Part shown: piece by piece, positions 61,171-64,000 of the stretch | Layout of the letters: each line of letters begins with the position of its first letter | How positions within the stretch are numbered: the stretch's first letter is position 1 | From: a virus | Direction: 5' to 3' (one strand) | Length of the DNA stretch: 64,000 nucleotides | IMG/VR virus record: IMGVR_UViG_3300033153_015023 | Coordinates: 16,026-80,025 of that record | Translations under genes and position numbers: made by a program | The notes under the pieces: generated by a model | What the model saw: only the letters and a program-made list of their open reading frames with translations | Told to the model about the DNA's origin: nothing | Database searches by the model: none

Positions 61171-61338
61171 AATAAAGTCTGCGTTTTCTAGAGCTTCCTC
61201 AACAGTAGCTATAACGCTTATACCATTATCAAAATTATCCCGATAATGAAAATCTGGTAAATCATCTGATGTTAAACCATATCGTCTTTGTAACTCTAGA
61301 TCTACTGCCATTCTAAAACTCTCAAATAATGTAATCAT
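61168..61338 (-). CDS. 56-aa acidic protein, paralog B
   Basis: MITLFESF...GLTSDDLPDFHYRDNFDNGISV. Confidence 0.7.
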   Translation of the reverse strand: MITLFESFRMAVDLELQRRYGLTSDDLPDFHYRDNFDNGISVIATVEEALENADFI

Positions 61339-61354
61339 TTTAGTCTCCTAATAT

Positions 61355-61415
61355 TTTATTAAAGCTTAAAAGCTTTACTCGACGCCTAGTTGCCTAGGCG
61401 CCAATAAAACTGTTA
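61355..61415 (-). repeat. Intergenic hairpin element, subfamily 1, copy b
   Basis: TAA-CAG-TTTTATTG-[stem-loop]-GAGTAAAGCTTTTAAGC-TTTAATAAA. Confidence 0.75.
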
Positions 61416-61706
61416 AACTTTCGGCTTGAATTCCACATGTTCTGCAACAATTATAATTCCGCCATGCTCTTGTTCTAGTCGACCGACCACCCGTACTCCT
61501 CGGCCCTCATCAAGGTGTTCAAAACAAGTTGTGGCCAATTGGCCATAGACAGCAATATCAAAATCACTGGTTTCAGTTTCGATCTCTTCTACTTTCTTGC
61601 AATACCTTTTTGACTCGATTATAAAATTAAGCCTATCCTTAGATGTTAAACCAGTAGAAATACTTTTAACGGTTCCCTCCATTAGGACTGAATTTAAATC
61701 GTTCAT
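61413..61706 (-). CDS. ssb: Single-stranded DNA-binding protein lacking the acidic C-terminal tail
   Basis: MNDLNSVLMEG, F.I.S.R, FDI.VYG.LA, GRGVRVVGRL.Q, IVAEHVEFKP. Confidence 0.88.
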   Translation of the reverse strand: MNDLNSVLMEGTVKSISTGLTSKDRLNFIIESKRYCKKVEEIETETSDFDIAVYGQLATTCFEHLDEGRGVRVVGRLEQEHGGIIIVAEHVEFKPKV

Positions 61707-61721
61707 TTTATCCCCCTATTA

Positions 61722-61786
61722 ATTTATTTAAGCCTAAAGGCTTTATTCGGCAGTCAATATAAGATTGGCTGCCAATAAAACCATTA
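61722..61786 (-). repeat. Intergenic hairpin element, subfamily 1, copy c
   Basis: TAA-TGG-TTTTATTG-[stem-loop]-GAATAAAGCCTTTAGGC-TTAAATAAA. Confidence 0.75.
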
Positions 61787-62155
61787 AAGTTTTTCTTTTG
61801 CCGTCTCTAATTTTTCAACAGCTTTCTTTTCCTTTTCTATCCTTGCTTGGATAAAATCTGATATTTCATCCAACCAGCCTGTTGCTACATCATGGGCAAA
61901 ATTTAGGCAGGCGATACGGTCCGGCTTTTCATCCATCTGAAAATCTTGATACCCCCCAGGAGAACAAAGCGTTTTTCGATATGTCAACTGATAATTCCTG
62001 GGCAGATCGAGTAATTCTATTGGATATGCCGGTACCTCGATTTGATCACAAATGATGTCTGCAACCTCCCTCACTGCCTCTCGCAGTTTCTCTGTGCATC
62101 GGCTATTTTCCGATCCAACCCGTTCTAACCGTTTCAAACTATTAATTAAACTCAT
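61784..62155 (-). CDS. Hypothetical early protein
   Basis: 123-aa ORF with RBS, flanked by hairpin elements. Confidence 0.65.
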   Translation of the reverse strand: MSLINSLKRLERVGSENSRCTEKLREAVREVADIICDQIEVPAYPIELLDLPRNYQLTYRKTLCSPGGYQDFQMDEKPDRIACLNFAHDVATGWLDEISDFIQARIEKEKKAVEKLETAKEKL

Positions 62156-62189
62156 ACAAACCCTCCAGCGTTTTTAGCCCGCCAGCTAT

Positions 62190-62252
62190 TTTTCTCAGGC
62201 TAACAGCCCGCCAAACAGCTCCGGTCGGGGAGCCGTCCAGTAGGATGTTAGA
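62190..62252 (-). repeat. Intergenic hairpin element, subfamily 2, copy a
   Basis: ATCTAACATCCTACTGGACGGCTCC-loop-GGAGCTGTTTGGCGGGCTGTTAGCCTGAGAAAAA. Confidence 0.8.
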
Positions 62253-62471
62253 TGATCTGATATTCTCTTTTCCTCCAATAAAATAATTCCAAGGGCAGCT
62301 TTTCGGCATATCCCTGGAGCGTTTTTTTACATTCGCAAATTGCTATTTGTTGCCATTTCCATGTATGTAATACAGGACAGGCCATGCGGCTGTGATCTTT
62401 TTTATTGTCAATAATTTTATCAACCTTAATTTCTAAAATTAAATGTTTTCTCATTTATTCCCCCTTGATAT

Positions 62472-62530
62472 TTTTCACTAGCCTAACAGGCCCACCAGAC
62501 GGCACTGGTTAAAATGCCGTCCAATTGCTG
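62472..62530 (-). repeat. Intergenic hairpin element, subfamily 2, copy b (diverged)
   Basis: TTGGACGGCA-loop-TGCCGTCTGGTGGGCCTGTTAGGC. Confidence 0.7.
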
Positions 62531-63011
62531 TAAAATAATTTCGTATGGTTTCATTTTTGTACCCCCCGTATCATCAATTCATAGTGATAATCAAAGTTAA
62601 AAATTAAACCTTGTCGGTGAACATCGTCAAGTTCTGCTTTTGAGAGCAGAAAGAATTTTGATGGATTGTAACCAGTACCTTCTTTGATTTTGTGATAGCC
62701 GATACTGCAAGGTAGTTTTTCGATGTACGTCATATTTTTTCCTTTAAAAGATATTAGGATTTAGCATAGGCAATAATACGAAGAGCATCTGCAAATATTA
62801 CTGCAAAACGATCATAGATTTTGCCATTATATTTTTCAGTAATTGAATATACTGAACAGTGGATTTTGTCTACTAACGGCATGATGTCGATATGAGGATC
62901 AATTTCCTTAGAGATTTTCTCACAGATTTCTTGAAACGTAATTAAGTATGGTTTTGATACGCAAGTCATTTTATTTACTCCTATGATTTATTTATTTCCT
63001 TTACAGGATAT

Positions 63012-63054
63012 AACCTGCCCCCGGAATCGAACCGGGGGAAGAACCGTTCAGGTT
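63012..63054 (-). ncRNA. Minimal tRNA-like element (acceptor-like stem + T arm)
   Basis: AACCUG-AACGGUUCUU-CCCCCGG-UUCGAUU-CCGGGGG-CAGGUU. Confidence 0.65.
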
Positions 63055-63459
63055 GTTAAAGCGATGGTACTACAATAGATTCCACTATAACTTTTCTGCA
63101 TCTTTCTAAATAACATTCCCATAATTCTTCTTTGCCAAGATCGCTATAGATACCATTTCCCAAATAGGTCAGTGTACGATTGGCAACTTTTTTTTGATTT
63201 GCTGTCAAATCTTTTTCGTAAATCTTTCTCATTCCGTCCCCCTTATTAATCTGCATTTTTAGATTCTTTCGATCCAACGTACAACATCTTTATTGCTCAA
63301 ATCCCGATGGTCAATAATTGTTTTACTGTCAACTATTTCGTTTAATTTGGCAACAACCGCATTAAGCCGATTCTGGCATTTTTCCATCCCCGGCTGATCC
63401 CTCCAGCCATGCAAACCGCATCATTTGTCTTTGTCATTTTCTCTCCCCCTCTATAATAT

Positions 63460-63522
63460 TTTTCTCAGGCTAACAGCCCGCCAAACGGCTCCGGTTGAGG
63501 AGCCGTCCAGTAGGATGTTAGA
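63460..63522 (-). repeat. Intergenic hairpin element, subfamily 2, copy c
   Basis: Near-identical to 62190-62252; differs in the loop and by one G-U to G-C change. Confidence 0.8.
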
Positions 63523-64000
63523 TTTTAATAAGTGAGCGGCAATATCCCCAATCCTCTGGTGTTGGTTTGTTGCGGGGCTCAGCGTCTGATATGCTGCTCC
63601 CCTGTGCAATCATTTCACCTTTGTGCCAGTACTCATTCAGTCCTGGACACCGTTTTACAATTTTTCCGTATTTGCTGGTATACACTCGTTTCATATTTTC
63701 TCCCTTAATATTTATAATTAGCCCAACGGACTATTTCCCAATTATTCCTTCCGCCTTTATTATCATTGCCTTAATTTCTTTTATTGCAGTTTCTTTTTGA
63801 TTTGAAGTCCCAATTAATTGAATATTGGGTTGTCCGGTTTTCATATCCACATAAATAGTTGCTTCTACGTGTTTATAAGTTGTTCCGGTTTTGTTGGTAT
63901 TGATGTAGATTCGTTTTTGATTCCACGTTTTTACGCTTGTGATCTCAAAACCGCAACGACCATGACCGAAGATTTGTCCTTCAAGATTTTTAAGTCCATC

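Noticed and set aside
61110-63522. Twister or pistol ribozymes in the hairpin repeats
   Set aside because: Only superficial similarity on the antisense strand; the required pseudoknots are missing and the would-be conserved loops vary between copies.
1-64000. Alternative genetic code suggested by the release-factor-like gene
   Set aside because: Conserved genes are full length in the standard code and end in TAA, TAG and TGA.
1-64000. Prophage boundary or host chromosome segment around the sugar enzymes
   Set aside because: These genes are interleaved with phage structural genes and several blocks share the phage promoter motif; no integrase or att site was seen.

Overview
This 64 kb window is part of a large, AT-rich tailed dsDNA phage genome (Caudoviricetes, probably siphovirus-like, standard genetic code). 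The + strand carries, in order: a recombination/replication block (SbcC C-terminus, RecA, Hjc-like and RuvC-like nucleases, 5'-3' exonuclease, NusG paralog, intein-containing class II RNR); many small accessory genes (M23 peptidase, YopX, stand-alone GGQ release-factor domain, DNA methyltransferases); and terminase, portal, MuF-ART toxin fusion, scaffold, major capsid, neck, tail tube, frameshifted chaperone, tape measure, LamG tail protein and lysis genes. Inserted among these are queD-queE-folE and about ten sugar-modifying enzymes. A convergent - strand block of small early-type genes starts at about 57.5 kb. The strongest signals outside the ORF track are: (1) a complete type II hammerhead ribozyme, a tRNA-elbow mimic and a family of long hairpins that fill the gaps between early genes; (2) a tRNA-Leu-like RNA without a normal anticodon arm, followed by a multi-stem RNA with complementary loops; (3) a promoter-like motif TAAAGA-N17-G-TATTAT found six times ahead of accessory modules; (4) a QueE paralog that has lost its iron-sulfur motif. 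A Spirochaetota host is suggested by weak protein signatures. All family calls come from motif recognition by eye, not database searches.
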